Positions 48,582 through 58,772 of a stretch of DNA of 64,000 nucleotides are shown in pieces. A program made the translations under genes and the position numbers. Source of the stretch: Silvibacterium sp. (GTDB lineage: Bacteria; Acidobacteriota; Terriglobia; Terriglobales; Acidobacteriaceae). Under the pieces are notes generated by a model, which did not search any database, was not told the origin of the DNA, and saw nothing but the letters and a program-made list of their open reading frames with translations. The DNA lies in contig JAFAKX010000110.1 in assembly GCA_019234945.1 (NCBI GenBank), forward strand, positions 9,880 to 73,879, given 5' to 3'. Each line of letters begins with the position of its first letter. The stretch's first letter is position 1.

Positions 48582-49283
48582 ATGTCGCCTTTCTGCCCTA
48601 AAAGACGGACGCTGCTTCTTATGGCGCTGAGCGTGGTTCTGGCTTCGGGCGCGGCGCAGGCTGCCGAGCACGTGACCCTGACGAATGGGTTTGACCTGAT
48701 TTGCGACCATCATGCGGCTCAGGGCGACCGGGTACGACTCTACATGGATGCGGGCAGCACGAACTTCGTCGAGCTGAGCTCGGCCGAGATCGCATCGAGC
48801 GAGCATATTGAGCTTCCGGCTGCGACGCCGAGGGGCGCGCCGCCTCTCCCCGGCGATGGGAGGCTGACACAGGCGGAACTGCACCAGTTACTGGAACGTG
48901 CCAGTAGCGCCCATGATCTCGACGTGGACCTGCTGGCGAGTGTTGTCCGGCAGGAGAGCGGGGGGAATGTGCGTGCCGTGAGCCGGGCCGGAGCACGAGG
49001 TCTGATGCAGCTGATGCCGGGGACTGCGGCACAGCTCGGAGTCTCGGACGCATTCGTTCCGGGTGAGAATATCAAAGGCGGCACGGCATATCTCGACAGC
49101 CTGCTCCAGCGCTACCATGACAACCTCGCCCAGGCCCTGGCCGCTTACAATGCGGGACCGGCTGCGGTTGACAGGTGGCATGGCATCCCACCGTATCGTG
49201 AAACCCGAACCTACGTTGCGCGTGTTATCCATGAGTTCAACCGGCGCGTAGCGGCGCGGCAGACAGCTTCTGCTGCGCACTGA
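48582..49283 (+). CDS. Lytic transglycosylase (SLT domain)
   Basis: QESGG, GLMQLMP, AAYNAG, ETRTYV. Confidence 0.93.
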   Translation: MSPFCPKRRTLLLMALSVVLASGAAQAAEHVTLTNGFDLICDHHAAQGDRVRLYMDAGSTNFVELSSAEIASSEHIELPAATPRGAPPLPGDGRLTQAELHQLLERASSAHDLDVDLLASVVRQESGGNVRAVSRAGARGLMQLMPGTAAQLGVSDAFVPGENIKGGTAYLDSLLQRYHDNLAQALAAYNAGPAAVDRWHGIPPYRETRTYVARVIHEFNRRVAARQTASAAH

Positions 49284-49307
49284 TTCCTCGCTGATGGAGA
49301 TTTAATC

Positions 49308-50384
49308 TTGAAGAACAAGCAGTGGATTCTCTGGCTGGTGGCTGCTGTTGTTGTGGTGGCGCTGGTGGTCGTCGCGCGCGGGCGAATCCACTTCGACTGG
49401 GGCATCTTTCTCCAACAATTGAAACTGGCTGACTGGCGTGATATCGGAATCGGCGTGGCGCTGATTTGGCTAGGGTACGCGATCCGATCGGTGCGTTGGG
49501 CTCTATTCCTCAAGCCGGTGCGTAGGGTCTCGCCATTCAGCCTGGTGGGCACGCAGGTAATTGGGTTCACTGGCGTGGCGCTGCTTGGGCGGCCTGCGGA
49601 CTTCGTTCGGCCTTATCTTGTCGCCAAGCGGGTGCGGGTTACGCTCAGCTCGCAAATCGCGGTCTATGTGGTAGAGAGAATGTTCGACGCCGGGGCGATG
49701 GCGCTGATCTTCTCGCTCGCATTGATCACGGCTCCGCATGATGCATCTCTCCCGCATCCCGAGGTTTTGCGAAAAATTGCCTTCAGCGGGCTGGCTGGAA
49801 CAGCGGCGCTGGCGGCTTTGGCAGTGATGGTAAGGATCGGCGGCAGAGCAGTGGCCGCAGGCGCGGAAAAGGCATTCGGCATGTTGTCCCATAAGCTGGG
49901 CAAATCGGTCGCGTCCAAGATTCACGCCTTTCGCGACGGACTGGATATGCTCGCCTCGCTCAAGGATGTGGCGCTGGCGTTTTTCTATTCACTGTTCATG
50001 TGGGCAGCGATCACGGGAGCATATCTGATGACGACCCGGGCCTTCGTGGACTCGCCTCCGCTGGCGGGCATGACACTGGCGCGCTGCATGGTGCTGATGG
50101 CGGCGAGCATGCTGGTGAGTGCTGTGCAGCTACCCGTAATCGGGTGGTTCACGCAGATAGCAGCGGTAGCCGCGACGATGCAGAGTTTCTTCGCTGTTCG
50201 CTGGGAGCCGGCGCTGGGCTCCGCAGCCATGCTGCTCGCAGTTACATTTCTCAGCGTGATTCCGCTGGGGCTGATCTGGTCGCGCATTGAGCATGTTTCG
50301 CTGAGGAAGGTCTCCGAAGAGAGCGAACACGCTGGCGAGGAAGCGATGGCCGTCGCTGAGGCCGCTCCCGAGCAGGTCACATAG
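49308..50384 (+). CDS. Lysylphosphatidylglycerol synthase TM (UPF0104) domain protein
   Basis: RSVRW, GRPADFVRPY, VVERMFD; polytopic. Confidence 0.8.
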   Translation: MKNKQWILWLVAAVVVVALVVVARGRIHFDWGIFLQQLKLADWRDIGIGVALIWLGYAIRSVRWALFLKPVRRVSPFSLVGTQVIGFTGVALLGRPADFVRPYLVAKRVRVTLSSQIAVYVVERMFDAGAMALIFSLALITAPHDASLPHPEVLRKIAFSGLAGTAALAALAVMVRIGGRAVAAGAEKAFGMLSHKLGKSVASKIHAFRDGLDMLASLKDVALAFFYSLFMWAAITGAYLMTTRAFVDSPPLAGMTLARCMVLMAASMLVSAVQLPVIGWFTQIAAVAATMQSFFAVRWEPALGSAAMLLAVTFLSVIPLGLIWSRIEHVSLRKVSEESEHAGEEAMAVAEAAPEQVT

Positions 50385-50390
50385 GCACAA

Positions 50391-50852
50391 TCAGAGATTG
50401 CGGCGAACGATCCGCCGCACTGCATCAGTGAAGATTCCGTAGACGGCGTGCGTGACCCACTCGCTGATGCGCTCCTGGGATGGCTGCTGTTCCTTGGGAG
50501 CTGCAAGACCCATGCGAGGTAGGACCGTCTCGTGGGTAATCTTGTTCAGGCTCAGGCCAAAGGCCGCTCCGCGCCACGCACCGAGCGACGGCTCCAGCTC
50601 GACCATTGCGCCGTAGACAGCTCCGGCCACGGCTCCAAAACCCCAGTGGATGGTCTGCATTGCCGCTTGTTTCTCCGCCGGCGGTAGCGGGTGGCCGGCG
50701 ACCTGCTCGGCCAGAGCAACCGAAGGAGGCGTCTGGCCCTTCGTCCGCGGCGGAAAAAGCTGCTCGGCGAGAGCCTTCGCTCCGGCGCCGGCCAATCCGC
50801 CGATGAGCCCGGCAGCTGCGCCTTTCAGAACGGAACGCTGATGTGTCGTCAT
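50391..50852 (-). CDS. DUF1440-family membrane protein
   Basis: IHWGFG, SEWVTHAVYG. Confidence 0.75.
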   Translation of the reverse strand: MTTHQRSVLKGAAAGLIGGLAGAGAKALAEQLFPPRTKGQTPPSVALAEQVAGHPLPPAEKQAAMQTIHWGFGAVAGAVYGAMVELEPSLGAWRGAAFGLSLNKITHETVLPRMGLAAPKEQQPSQERISEWVTHAVYGIFTDAVRRIVRRNL

Positions 50853-50969
50853 AGAGTCGTCAGATGCACCATGGGGCAACGTAACTCAATGAACCGTTCA
50901 TGGCAAGTGCGGCCTTGTAGCGAGCGCGTGAAAGGCCAATCATACTGCGCTGATAGAATCAGTCTAGAA

Positions 50970-51455
50970 ATGAAGTGTCCTTACTGCGGATTCACGCAAG
51001 ACCGCGTCGTTGACTCCCGCGAGAGCAAAGAGGCTGATTCCATCCGCAGGCGCCGCGAATGTGAGCGATGCAACAAGCGCTTTACCACTTATGAGCGCAT
51101 CGACGAAATCCCTTACATGGTTGTCAAGAAGGATGGACGGCGGGAGAAGTTCGAGCGCCAGAAAGTCCTGAGCGGCCTGCTCCACGCCTGCGAGAAGCGG
51201 CCCATTTCTGCAAGCAAGCTTGAGGCCCTCGTGGACGAGACCGAGTCGTTTCTGACCGAATCGTCCGAGCGCGAACGCACGACGAGGGAGATCGGCGAAC
51301 TGCTGATGGACCGCCTCAAGGCCCTCGATACCGTCGCTTATATACGCTTTGCCAGTGTCTATCGCGACTTTAAGGATGTGCGCGAATTCAAAGAGGAGCT
51401 GGAACAGCTGCTGACTGCCCGTGAACCGGGCAAGAAAAACAAATCTGCGGGATAA
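50970..51455 (+). CDS. nrdR: Transcriptional repressor NrdR
   Basis: CPYC..VVDSR..IRRRRECERC..RFTTYE; AYIRFASVYRDF. Confidence 0.97.
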   Translation: MKCPYCGFTQDRVVDSRESKEADSIRRRRECERCNKRFTTYERIDEIPYMVVKKDGRREKFERQKVLSGLLHACEKRPISASKLEALVDETESFLTESSERERTTREIGELLMDRLKALDTVAYIRFASVYRDFKDVREFKEELEQLLTAREPGKKNKSAG

Positions 51456-51462
51456 GGAATTT

Positions 51463-52494
51463 ATGAGCACAGCGAAAAGACATGCAGTCACCCTGATTCC
51501 GGGAGACGGGATCGGGCCCGAAGTAACCGACGCCGTCGTACGCATTCTCGATGCGAGTGGAGTGAAGTTTGCGTGGGAGAGGTATTCGGCCGGAGCCGAG
51601 GCATTCGAGAAGTACGAGGAGTACGTGCCCAAAGAGCTATACGAATCGATCGGGCGGACGAAACTCGCCTTGAAGGGACCAGTGACGACTCCCGTGGGTG
51701 GCGGATTCACCTCGATCAACGTGACCCTCAGGAAAAAATTTGAGCTGTACGTGAATTTCCGGCCGATCAAGAATCTTCCTGGGCTGGAGACTCGTTATCC
51801 CAACGTCGACCTGATCATCGTTCGTGAGAACACGGAAGGCGAATACGTCGGCCTCGAGCACGAGGTGGTTCCTGGAGTCATGACATCGCTGAAGGTGATC
51901 ACCGAGAAGGGCTCAACCCGCATCGCGAGATGGGCGTTCGATTATGCGCGCAAACATGGCCGGCGCAAGATTCACGCCATTCACAAGGCGAATATTATGA
52001 AGCTCTCCGATGGCATGTTTCTCAAATGCGCGCGAGAGATCGCGAAGAGCTATCCCGAGATCACCTACGGCGAACACATCATCGACAACGCCTGCATGCA
52101 ACTGGTGATGAATCCGTATCAGTACGACACGCTGCTGCTTCCAAATCTTTACGGTGATATCGTGAGCGACTTGTGCGCGGCGTTCGTAGGCGGACTCGGA
52201 CTGGTGCCGGGAGCTAACATCGGCGCGGATGCCGCCATCTTCGAGGCCGTCCACGGATCGGCGCCCGACATCGCAGGCAAGGACATCGCCAACCCGACGG
52301 CGCTGCTGCAGTCCGCCATTCTGATGCTGCGCCATATCGACGAGGCTGAAGCAGCCGATAGACTCCAGGCGGCCACAGAGCAGGTCTACCGCGAGCGAAA
52401 AACGCTGACCCGCGACGTAGGCGGCACGGCGGGCACCAAGGCCTTTGGCGATGCGGTCATTGCGGCGCTTGAAGTTCCACAACCCGCAAGATAA
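51463..52494 (+). CDS. NAD-dependent isocitrate dehydrogenase family enzyme
   Basis: IPGDGIGPE, RENTEG, HKANIMK, NLYGDIVSD, EAVHGSAPDIAG. Confidence 0.88.
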   Translation: MSTAKRHAVTLIPGDGIGPEVTDAVVRILDASGVKFAWERYSAGAEAFEKYEEYVPKELYESIGRTKLALKGPVTTPVGGGFTSINVTLRKKFELYVNFRPIKNLPGLETRYPNVDLIIVRENTEGEYVGLEHEVVPGVMTSLKVITEKGSTRIARWAFDYARKHGRRKIHAIHKANIMKLSDGMFLKCAREIAKSYPEITYGEHIIDNACMQLVMNPYQYDTLLLPNLYGDIVSDLCAAFVGGLGLVPGANIGADAAIFEAVHGSAPDIAGKDIANPTALLQSAILMLRHIDEAEAADRLQAATEQVYRERKTLTRDVGGTAGTKAFGDAVIAALEVPQPAR

Positions 52495-52515
52495 TTATCC
52501 GGGAAACGAGTTCTC

Positions 52516-53295
52516 ATGCAGATACCCAAGATCACGACGGCAGGAGTGCTCTCCGTACTGCTGCTTTCTGGTGCAGGTTGCAAGAAAAAGGATGCGGGGT
52601 CCTCGGCGGCCGGCGTCTACACGACCATCGACGCCAGTACGGCGGGAACGATCACCGGGACAATTCACTTCGCGGGTCAGCCTCCACAGAGAATCGCGAT
52701 TGATATGGCTCAGGATCCGGTGTGCGGAGCGGCGGACGCGAACAACACAGAACAGTACGTGGTGCACGATGGCGGACTTCAGAATGTTTTCATCTACGTG
52801 AAGGACGGCCTCGGTAACAAGCTCTATGCGCCCTCGCAGGATCCGGTGGTGGTCGATCAGAAGGGCTGCCGGTTCGCTCCACACGTGGTGGGTGCTCAGG
52901 CGGGACAGCCGGTCAAGTTCACCAACGGCGACCCCACCATGCACAACGTTCACTTCACGCCGCAGATCAGCACCAACCAGGCGGTCGATATCTCACAGCC
53001 ACCGAATGGATCGCCGGATATGCGTACGCTGCCCACCCCTGAGCTGATGATTCCGGTGCGCTGCAACAATCATCCCTGGATGGAGGCGTTCATCAATGTG
53101 GTGCCCAATCCGTTCTTCGCGGTTTCCGACGGGGATGGGCATTTCACCATCAAGGGCTTGCCGCCAGGAACCTATACGATTGTGGCCGTCCATGAAAAAT
53201 TGGGACAGAAGACCACAACCGTGACCGTAGCTTCAAAGCAGACGGCGAATCAGGACTTCACCTATACCGCCCCTGCGCCGGACGGAACTCGTTAG
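52516..53295 (+). CDS. Lipoprotein with cupredoxin-like and carboxypeptidase-regulatory-like domains
   Basis: Lipobox GAGC; HNVH...CNNHPWM. Confidence 0.7.
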   Translation: MQIPKITTAGVLSVLLLSGAGCKKKDAGSSAAGVYTTIDASTAGTITGTIHFAGQPPQRIAIDMAQDPVCGAADANNTEQYVVHDGGLQNVFIYVKDGLGNKLYAPSQDPVVVDQKGCRFAPHVVGAQAGQPVKFTNGDPTMHNVHFTPQISTNQAVDISQPPNGSPDMRTLPTPELMIPVRCNNHPWMEAFINVVPNPFFAVSDGDGHFTIKGLPPGTYTIVAVHEKLGQKTTTVTVASKQTANQDFTYTAPAPDGTR

Positions 53296-53299
53296 TGGC

Positions 53300-53599
53300 T
53301 CCGATCCCGGAGCGCGGCGGGCGCCGCCCCAACTTGAAATCACAGATTGTGATTTCAGGTTCGCGTGCTCAGTCCTAGTCAACTGGAACATGAAGTCCCC
53401 GGGGAAACGCTCCAGGTTCCTCTTAACAGCCTGTACGAGGACCCTTGGATCCACCTCGTAAAGCTCTGCAAGATCAGTACTTAGCATTACTTTATGCCCG
53501 CGAATCAGCGGGATGCGCGGCTCCTCGATTTTGATCAACGATGCGCTCCGCCGGAACGGCGGAACTTGAGGTCACAATTTGTGACTTCAAACTTGTCAT
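53300..53599 (-). pseudogene. ORF6N-domain (phage antirepressor-like) remnant
   Basis: [36 protein letters not shown]; N-terminus [17 protein letters not shown] in another frame; C-terminus missing. Confidence 0.75.
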
Positions 53600-53661
53600 G
53601 TCTTTTCCCTTCTATCTTCCACCATTTCCCATGGACGCATCCAATGCAGTGAGAGGAAAGG

Positions 53662-55188
53662 GTGCCCACGTCCTTCAAACATCTCACCCGCAGGGAATTG
53701 CTCAAAATCGGCGCTGCCATGGGTGCGGCGGAGCTTGCGGCCCAGCTCCCGGGATGCGGGACGGGAGGAGGTTCCATGAGCCCTCCTCCTACATCCGGGT
53801 GTTCGAAGCTGACGGACATCGAGCACGTCGTCATCCTCATTCAGGAGAATCGTTCCTTCGATCACTATTTCGGCAGCTATCGCGGGGTGCGGGGATTCTC
53901 AGACCAGAGCATGGCCTTTCAGCAGCCCGACCCAGCCAATACCGCAGACGCACCGGCCGGCGTCCTGTTGCCATTTCATCTGGATACGGCCACGCAAAAC
54001 GCGGCCTGCACGCACGACATCAGCCATGACTGGGTTCCGCAGCACCAGAGCTGGAACAACGGGGCGATGAACGGCTTCGTGACCTCTCATCTCCCGATCA
54101 ATGCCAACGATGCCGTGCTCGTGATGGGCTATTACACGCGCGCGGACCTGCCGTTTTTCTACGCGGTCGCAGATGCCTTCACAATATGCGACAACTACTT
54201 CTGCTCGGTGATGGGCCCGACGGACCCCAACCGTCTCTACACCATGGCTGCTTCGATCGATCCCGATGGGAAGAACGGCGGCCCCTTGCTTCAGACTCTT
54301 GTCAATAACCGATCATCCTTCTTCGGCAAGCTCACCTACACGACCATGTGCGAACAACTCCAGGCGCGTGGCATTTCGTGGCGGGTTTATTCATCGCCCG
54401 ACCAGAACATTCTGAACGGGATCTTCTCCGATAATGTCCTGTCGTACTTCAAGAATTTCCAGGACTCATCGTCTCCGCTCTATCAACATGCATTCGGACC
54501 CCAGTTTCCGGTTGACTTCCTGGCGGATGCAGCGTCCGGCAACCTGCCGCAGGTCTCATGGATACTGGCTTCGATCGTTGATACCGAGCATCCGCCGTTC
54601 CCATCCCTCTTCGGGGAGGCCACCCTCTCGGTCATCATGAGCGCCCTGTCTGCGAATTCTGCGTTGTGGGCGAAGACGGTCCTGTTCGTCACCTACGACG
54701 AGAATGGCGGATTCTTCGACCACGTCGCGCCGATGACGGCGCCCCCGGGCACACCGGGCGAATACGTCACGGCGCCGGCGGTTCCGGACCCGACAGTTGT
54801 CGGCAGTCCCGCGATTCCGGGGCCGATCGGCCTTGGCTTTCGCGTGCCGATGCTCGTGATCTCCCCTTTCAGCCGAGGGGGATTCGTGTCTTCGGACCTG
54901 TTCGATCACACATCAACGCTGCGGTTCATCGAGACACGCTTTGGAGCCGAAGTACCGAACCTGAGCGCATGGCGCCGTGCGGCGGTCGGCGACCTGACCA
55001 GCGCATTGAACTTCGTAAAGCCCGATTCGTCGATTCCCTCGCTGCCATCTCCCGCGACGGCAACGTCAGACATTCTCTCGGAGTGTGCAACGCTGCTCAC
55101 CGGCAACGCGCCCTATCCGGTTCCGAACCCGCAGAGTCTTCCTTCGCAGGAAACCGGAACGGCGCCGAAGCCGAGCGGGATGTGCTAG
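53662..55188 (+). CDS. Tat-exported phospholipase C / phosphoesterase family protein
   Basis: TRRELLK; HVVILIQENRSFDHYFG, GPTDPNR, TYDENGGFFDHV, GFRVP. Confidence 0.9.
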   Translation: MPTSFKHLTRRELLKIGAAMGAAELAAQLPGCGTGGGSMSPPPTSGCSKLTDIEHVVILIQENRSFDHYFGSYRGVRGFSDQSMAFQQPDPANTADAPAGVLLPFHLDTATQNAACTHDISHDWVPQHQSWNNGAMNGFVTSHLPINANDAVLVMGYYTRADLPFFYAVADAFTICDNYFCSVMGPTDPNRLYTMAASIDPDGKNGGPLLQTLVNNRSSFFGKLTYTTMCEQLQARGISWRVYSSPDQNILNGIFSDNVLSYFKNFQDSSSPLYQHAFGPQFPVDFLADAASGNLPQVSWILASIVDTEHPPFPSLFGEATLSVIMSALSANSALWAKTVLFVTYDENGGFFDHVAPMTAPPGTPGEYVTAPAVPDPTVVGSPAIPGPIGLGFRVPMLVISPFSRGGFVSSDLFDHTSTLRFIETRFGAEVPNLSAWRRAAVGDLTSALNFVKPDSSIPSLPSPATATSDILSECATLLTGNAPYPVPNPQSLPSQETGTAPKPSGMC

Positions 55189-55196
55189 TGAGGGGG

Positions 55197-55427
55197 ACCC
55201 CCTCCCCCCAGAACTTGTTAGTCATTCATTGGACTGGAGTTAAGCCATACCTCGGCCGTACCTCATACAAGGGAAATGACTTACGGTATGTCATAGAAAA
55301 CAAGTGACTTGCAAGCTCTGGAATTCCCGTTTTGCGATAGGCCGCCCCAAAACAGCGAAGCCCGGCAGCAGATGCGGCCGGGCGATTCTTTGTCCTCTAT
55401 TTCTATTGTAGCTGGTTTGGGGAAATT
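55197..55427 (-). repeat. Dispersed non-coding element, copy 3
   Basis: Reverse complement collinear with copy 1; 34-nt head identical. Confidence 0.9.
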
Positions 55428-55512
55428 CCCGGCCAGGGCAGGGATTAGTGATTAGGGAACGGAAATGCGGTGGCTGCGGTTCGCGTCGAGGTGGGTGATC
55501 GCGCCGCTCCGC

Positions 55513-55983
55513 CTAACGCCCCAGTTTTGGCAGGGAGCGAAGCCACCCGTCGAAATTGGCATCGAAATTATAGATGTCCTGAAATTTGAGCGCCGGCTGA
55601 TGGTGATCGAGCGATTCCAGTTCAATGTAGCGGGTCTTGACGCCGTCCGAATCGGTGGTCTCATACTCGCGCCAGCCGCGAATTCTGCTGAAGTCCATCC
55701 TCTTCGTGGTCCAGAGAGTTTTTACCTCGATGGCATCGGGACCCAGGGTCACGCGGGCGGTGAGGTAGTGCCCAAGCAGGACGATACCGGCCAACACCAA
55801 AAGGCCGGTGATGACAAAGCCAGTAGTCTCCGGCGGCTGCTCCGGATCGAGCATGCTGCACGAATAATGGGCAAGGCCGGTCAGGCAGAAGCCGAGGAAT
55901 CCGACTGCGAAGGCGAACATCCACAATTTGGGTCGGTAGCTTCGGGTTTGGACCTGAGCCGGGACTACGGATGAGGATCTCAC
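55513..55983 (-). CDS. 2-TM membrane protein with PH-like C-terminal domain (paralog A)
   Basis: Clear similarity to 56293-56796. Confidence 0.7.
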   Translation of the reverse strand: MRSSSVVPAQVQTRSYRPKLWMFAFAVGFLGFCLTGLAHYSCSMLDPEQPPETTGFVITGLLVLAGIVLLGHYLTARVTLGPDAIEVKTLWTTKRMDFSRIRGWREYETTDSDGVKTRYIELESLDHHQPALKFQDIYNFDANFDGWLRSLPKLGR

Positions 55984-56031
55984 GGTTATTCAGCCTGCGG
56001 AGACAGCGTAGCTTGCGGGGCTGAGTGCGTG

Positions 56032-56256
56032 CTATTCCACGTTGGAGGGAAAAAGAAAGGAGTATTCAGGCACGACGGCGGCGGGCTTCAGGCGGGTGGC
56101 GCGATATTGCTCGTAGGAAACGCTCTTTTCCTTGCGGCGGGACTCCAATACGAGGCCATCCCAGAAGTCTTCCCAGACGGCCCGGTGCTTTTTGAGCTCG
56201 ATCAGCACGCCGACCTTGCGGCCTTTCGCGTCGGTGACGAACTGGATTCCGCTCAT
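56032..56256 (-). CDS. Small antitoxin-like protein, no toxin partner
   Basis: IQFVTDAKGRKVGVLI..WEDFWD..VSYEQ. Confidence 0.6.
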   Translation of the reverse strand: MSGIQFVTDAKGRKVGVLIELKKHRAVWEDFWDGLVLESRRKEKSVSYEQYRATRLKPAAVVPEYSFLFPSNVE

Positions 56257-56292
56257 GGCTTCATTGTCCCATAGACGACCGCACCGCTCCGC

Positions 56293-56796
56293 CTACTGTC
56301 CCAGTTTCGGCAGGGAGTGGAGCCACCCGTAGAATTCGGTGTCGAAATTGTAGATATCCTGAAATTCGAGCGCCGGCTGCTGATAACCGAGCGGCTCCAA
56401 TTTAATTTTTAAGGTTGTGACGCCGTCCGAATCGGTGTTCACGGATTCGCGCCGTCCGCGGATCCTGTCGAAGGCCATCCTCTTTGTGGACCAAAGGGTT
56501 CGTACCTCGATGGCATCCGGAAAAAGGGTCACGCGAACGGTGAAAAAATGCCCGACCAGGAAGATGCCGGTCAGCACCATGAGGCAGGGTACGAGAATCT
56601 CAGTTGGGCTTGACGACCGCTCGTCGGCGAAGATGTCGCCCCAAAACTGGACGATGCTGGACAGGGAGAAGGCCAGGAAGAAAAGTGCAGCGCCGCGTAT
56701 CCACCATTTTGCACGGTACCTTCTGATTTGCGTTGGGCGAATTTGAGTTGGGCTGGTTTGAGTTTGGACCTGAGCCGTGAGGATGGAGCCTTTCAA
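56293..56796 (-). CDS. 2-TM membrane protein with PH-like C-terminal domain (paralog B)
   Basis: Paralog of 55513-55983; start uncertain. Confidence 0.7.
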   Translation of the reverse strand: MKGSILTAQVQTQTSPTQIRPTQIRRYRAKWWIRGAALFFLAFSLSSIVQFWGDIFADERSSSPTEILVPCLMVLTGIFLVGHFFTVRVTLFPDAIEVRTLWSTKRMAFDRIRGRRESVNTDSDGVTTLKIKLEPLGYQQPALEFQDIYNFDTEFYGWLHSLPKLGQ

Positions 56797-56990
56797 TGTT
56801 CTTCTTCCAGCAAAGGTAGTCGCCTGCTTGCGTTCAAAGCGTATCTCTCCTGACTGAGTCGTCCTATCCCACGTTTGAGGCAAAGCATCTCGCACACCGG
56901 CATCAGCCTGGGGCTGATTTCGACCCGTGCTTTACGCATTTCTTACTGCTGTTTTCGTAGGCTGAGAGGAGTGAGCAAGAGGTCACTTCA

Positions 56991-57368
56991 ATGCCGAGGG
57001 TACATGGTATCGAGTTCAGTTCGAATCAATCCGATCTTGTAAAGGACCTGATTCGGGAGTTACTCAAAGATGGAAACTGTGCCGTTTACGCACTGCCTCA
57101 CATGAGGCCGGATGGTGAGTTGCGAATGGCCTGTACTCCCCCGACTCCCAATCCCAGACGTCAGCGCGGCGTTTTTCTACGTATTCGGCCGGGAGTGCGC
57201 GAGGCTGTCGCCATTCGTCCGATGAATGCAAAGGCAGGAGCGGAGCAGACCACCATCACGAAATACTCTCTGCAGGGGTTGCTCGAAACTGTGCGGTTGT
57301 GGCGGCAGGAAGTTTCCGACATCACGCCCGAACCTCCCATCAAAGTCGAGCTCCCCAAGGCGGCATAA
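56991..57368 (+). CDS. Hypothetical protein
   Basis: GAGG SD and ATG; no family recognised. Confidence 0.5.
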   Translation: MPRVHGIEFSSNQSDLVKDLIRELLKDGNCAVYALPHMRPDGELRMACTPPTPNPRRQRGVFLRIRPGVREAVAIRPMNAKAGAEQTTITKYSLQGLLETVRLWRQEVSDITPEPPIKVELPKAA

Positions 57369-57578
57369 AGCCTGAGGGCTCCTGCCGGGCCTCGCGCGGC
57401 GAGGCTGGAAGTGGAGGTGCCGGTTTCGATGGGTGCCCCGGCCTTGCCGCTATGCGTCTGTAGCATCCTTTCTGTGAACTCCAAGACGTAGAAAATGAAG
57501 GGTGGACGACCAACCGGAGTGATCAGACTGGATCCCTTCTCCGTCATTACTCTCGTAATGAGCTAGGATCAAAAAGCG

Positions 57579-58772
57579 ATGGCACTTAACCCTCGAATCT
57601 TGACATGGGCACGCGAAACGGCGGGCCTATCTGTCGATGAGGCTGCGCACGCGCTCGGATTCAAAGGTACCCGTGAACGTACAGGGGGAGAGCGTCTCTT
57701 AACCTTGGAAGCCGGGACCGAGGAACCGTCGCGGAGCGTCCTGCTGAACATGGCGCGGGTATATCGCCGGTCACTGCTTGTCTTCTATCTCAGTGAACCG
57801 CCCCGCGTAGGGGACCGAGGCCAAGACTTTCGCAGGGCACCCGGAGTGAAGCCCCCGGAGTATGATCCCACGCTTGATGCTCTTATCCGCGACATTCGCG
57901 GACGCCAAGGCATAGTGAAGGACTTGCTCGAAGAGGTGGAGGTTAACACAGTCGATTACGTCGCATCGGTGACCATGGATGTGTTGCCCGTCGAGTTGGC
58001 GCGCCGGATGACAGAGAGGCTGGTATTTTCGCTCGCCGCATTCAGGGGACAGGCCAATGTACAAGATGCGTTCAGCTATTTGCGCGAAAAGGTCGAGGCG
58101 TCGGGTACGTTCGTTTTGCTCCTCGGGAACTTAGGGAGCCATCACACGAACATTCCCAGTAGTGTGTTCCGGGGATATGCCGTTGCTGATCCAGTTGCCC
58201 CTTTTGTTGTTGTTAACGATCAGGATGCGAAGGTAGCGTGGGCCTTCACGGCGTTGCATGAGCTGACGCACTTGTGGCTCGGCACTACCGGTGTTAGCGG
58301 TGGGACCACCGATACTCAGATTGAGAGCTATTGCAACGAGGTCGCGGGCGAAATACTGTTGCCCGAACCCGAAATAAACGAGCTTCGTTTTCTACGTCGG
58401 GCTTCACTTCAGGAGACCGTCGGGGCAATTGCTCAATTCGCAAACAGAAGAAAGATCAGCCGACCGATGGTTGCGTACAAGCTTCTGCGCCTGGATGTCA
58501 TAACTCGCGCGAGGTGGCAAGAGTTGGATATTCATTACCAAGATGAATGGAATGCTGCTCAGGCACATTCAGGAAGCAAAGATAAGAAGGAGGGTGGCCC
58601 GAACTATTACGTAGTTAAGAGACATCGGCTCGGTGATGCCCTCTTAGACCTTGTGAAGAATTCGCTTGCAGAAGGATTTCTCACATATACGAGAGCGGGC
58701 AAGGTGCTCGGCGTCAAGCCCCGCAATGTAGATCCGTTGATCCACATGGCCGGAATGCGAGGTGGCCAGTAA
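57579..58772 (+). CDS. XRE-HTH + ImmA/IrrE (M78) metallopeptidase
   Basis: LTWARETAGLS HTH; FTALHELTHLW; E.YCNEVAGEILLP. Confidence 0.9.
   Translation: MALNPRILTWARETAGLSVDEAAHALGFKGTRERTGGERLLTLEAGTEEPSRSVLLNMARVYRRSLLVFYLSEPPRVGDRGQDFRRAPGVKPPEYDPTLDALIRDIRGRQGIVKDLLEEVEVNTVDYVASVTMDVLPVELARRMTERLVFSLAAFRGQANVQDAFSYLREKVEASGTFVLLLGNLGSHHTNIPSSVFRGYAVADPVAPFVVVNDQDAKVAWAFTALHELTHLWLGTTGVSGGTTDTQIESYCNEVAGEILLPEPEINELRFLRRASLQETVGAIAQFANRRKISRPMVAYKLLRLDVITRARWQELDIHYQDEWNAAQAHSGSKDKKEGGPNYYVVKRHRLGDALLDLVKNSLAEGFLTYTRAGKVLGVKPRNVDPLIHMAGMRGGQ

Noticed and set aside
44653-55427. Composite transposon bounded by inverted element copies 2 and 3
   Set aside because: No transposase, the cargo is housekeeping genes, and the copies are too diverged; the skew does not obviously revert at copy 3.
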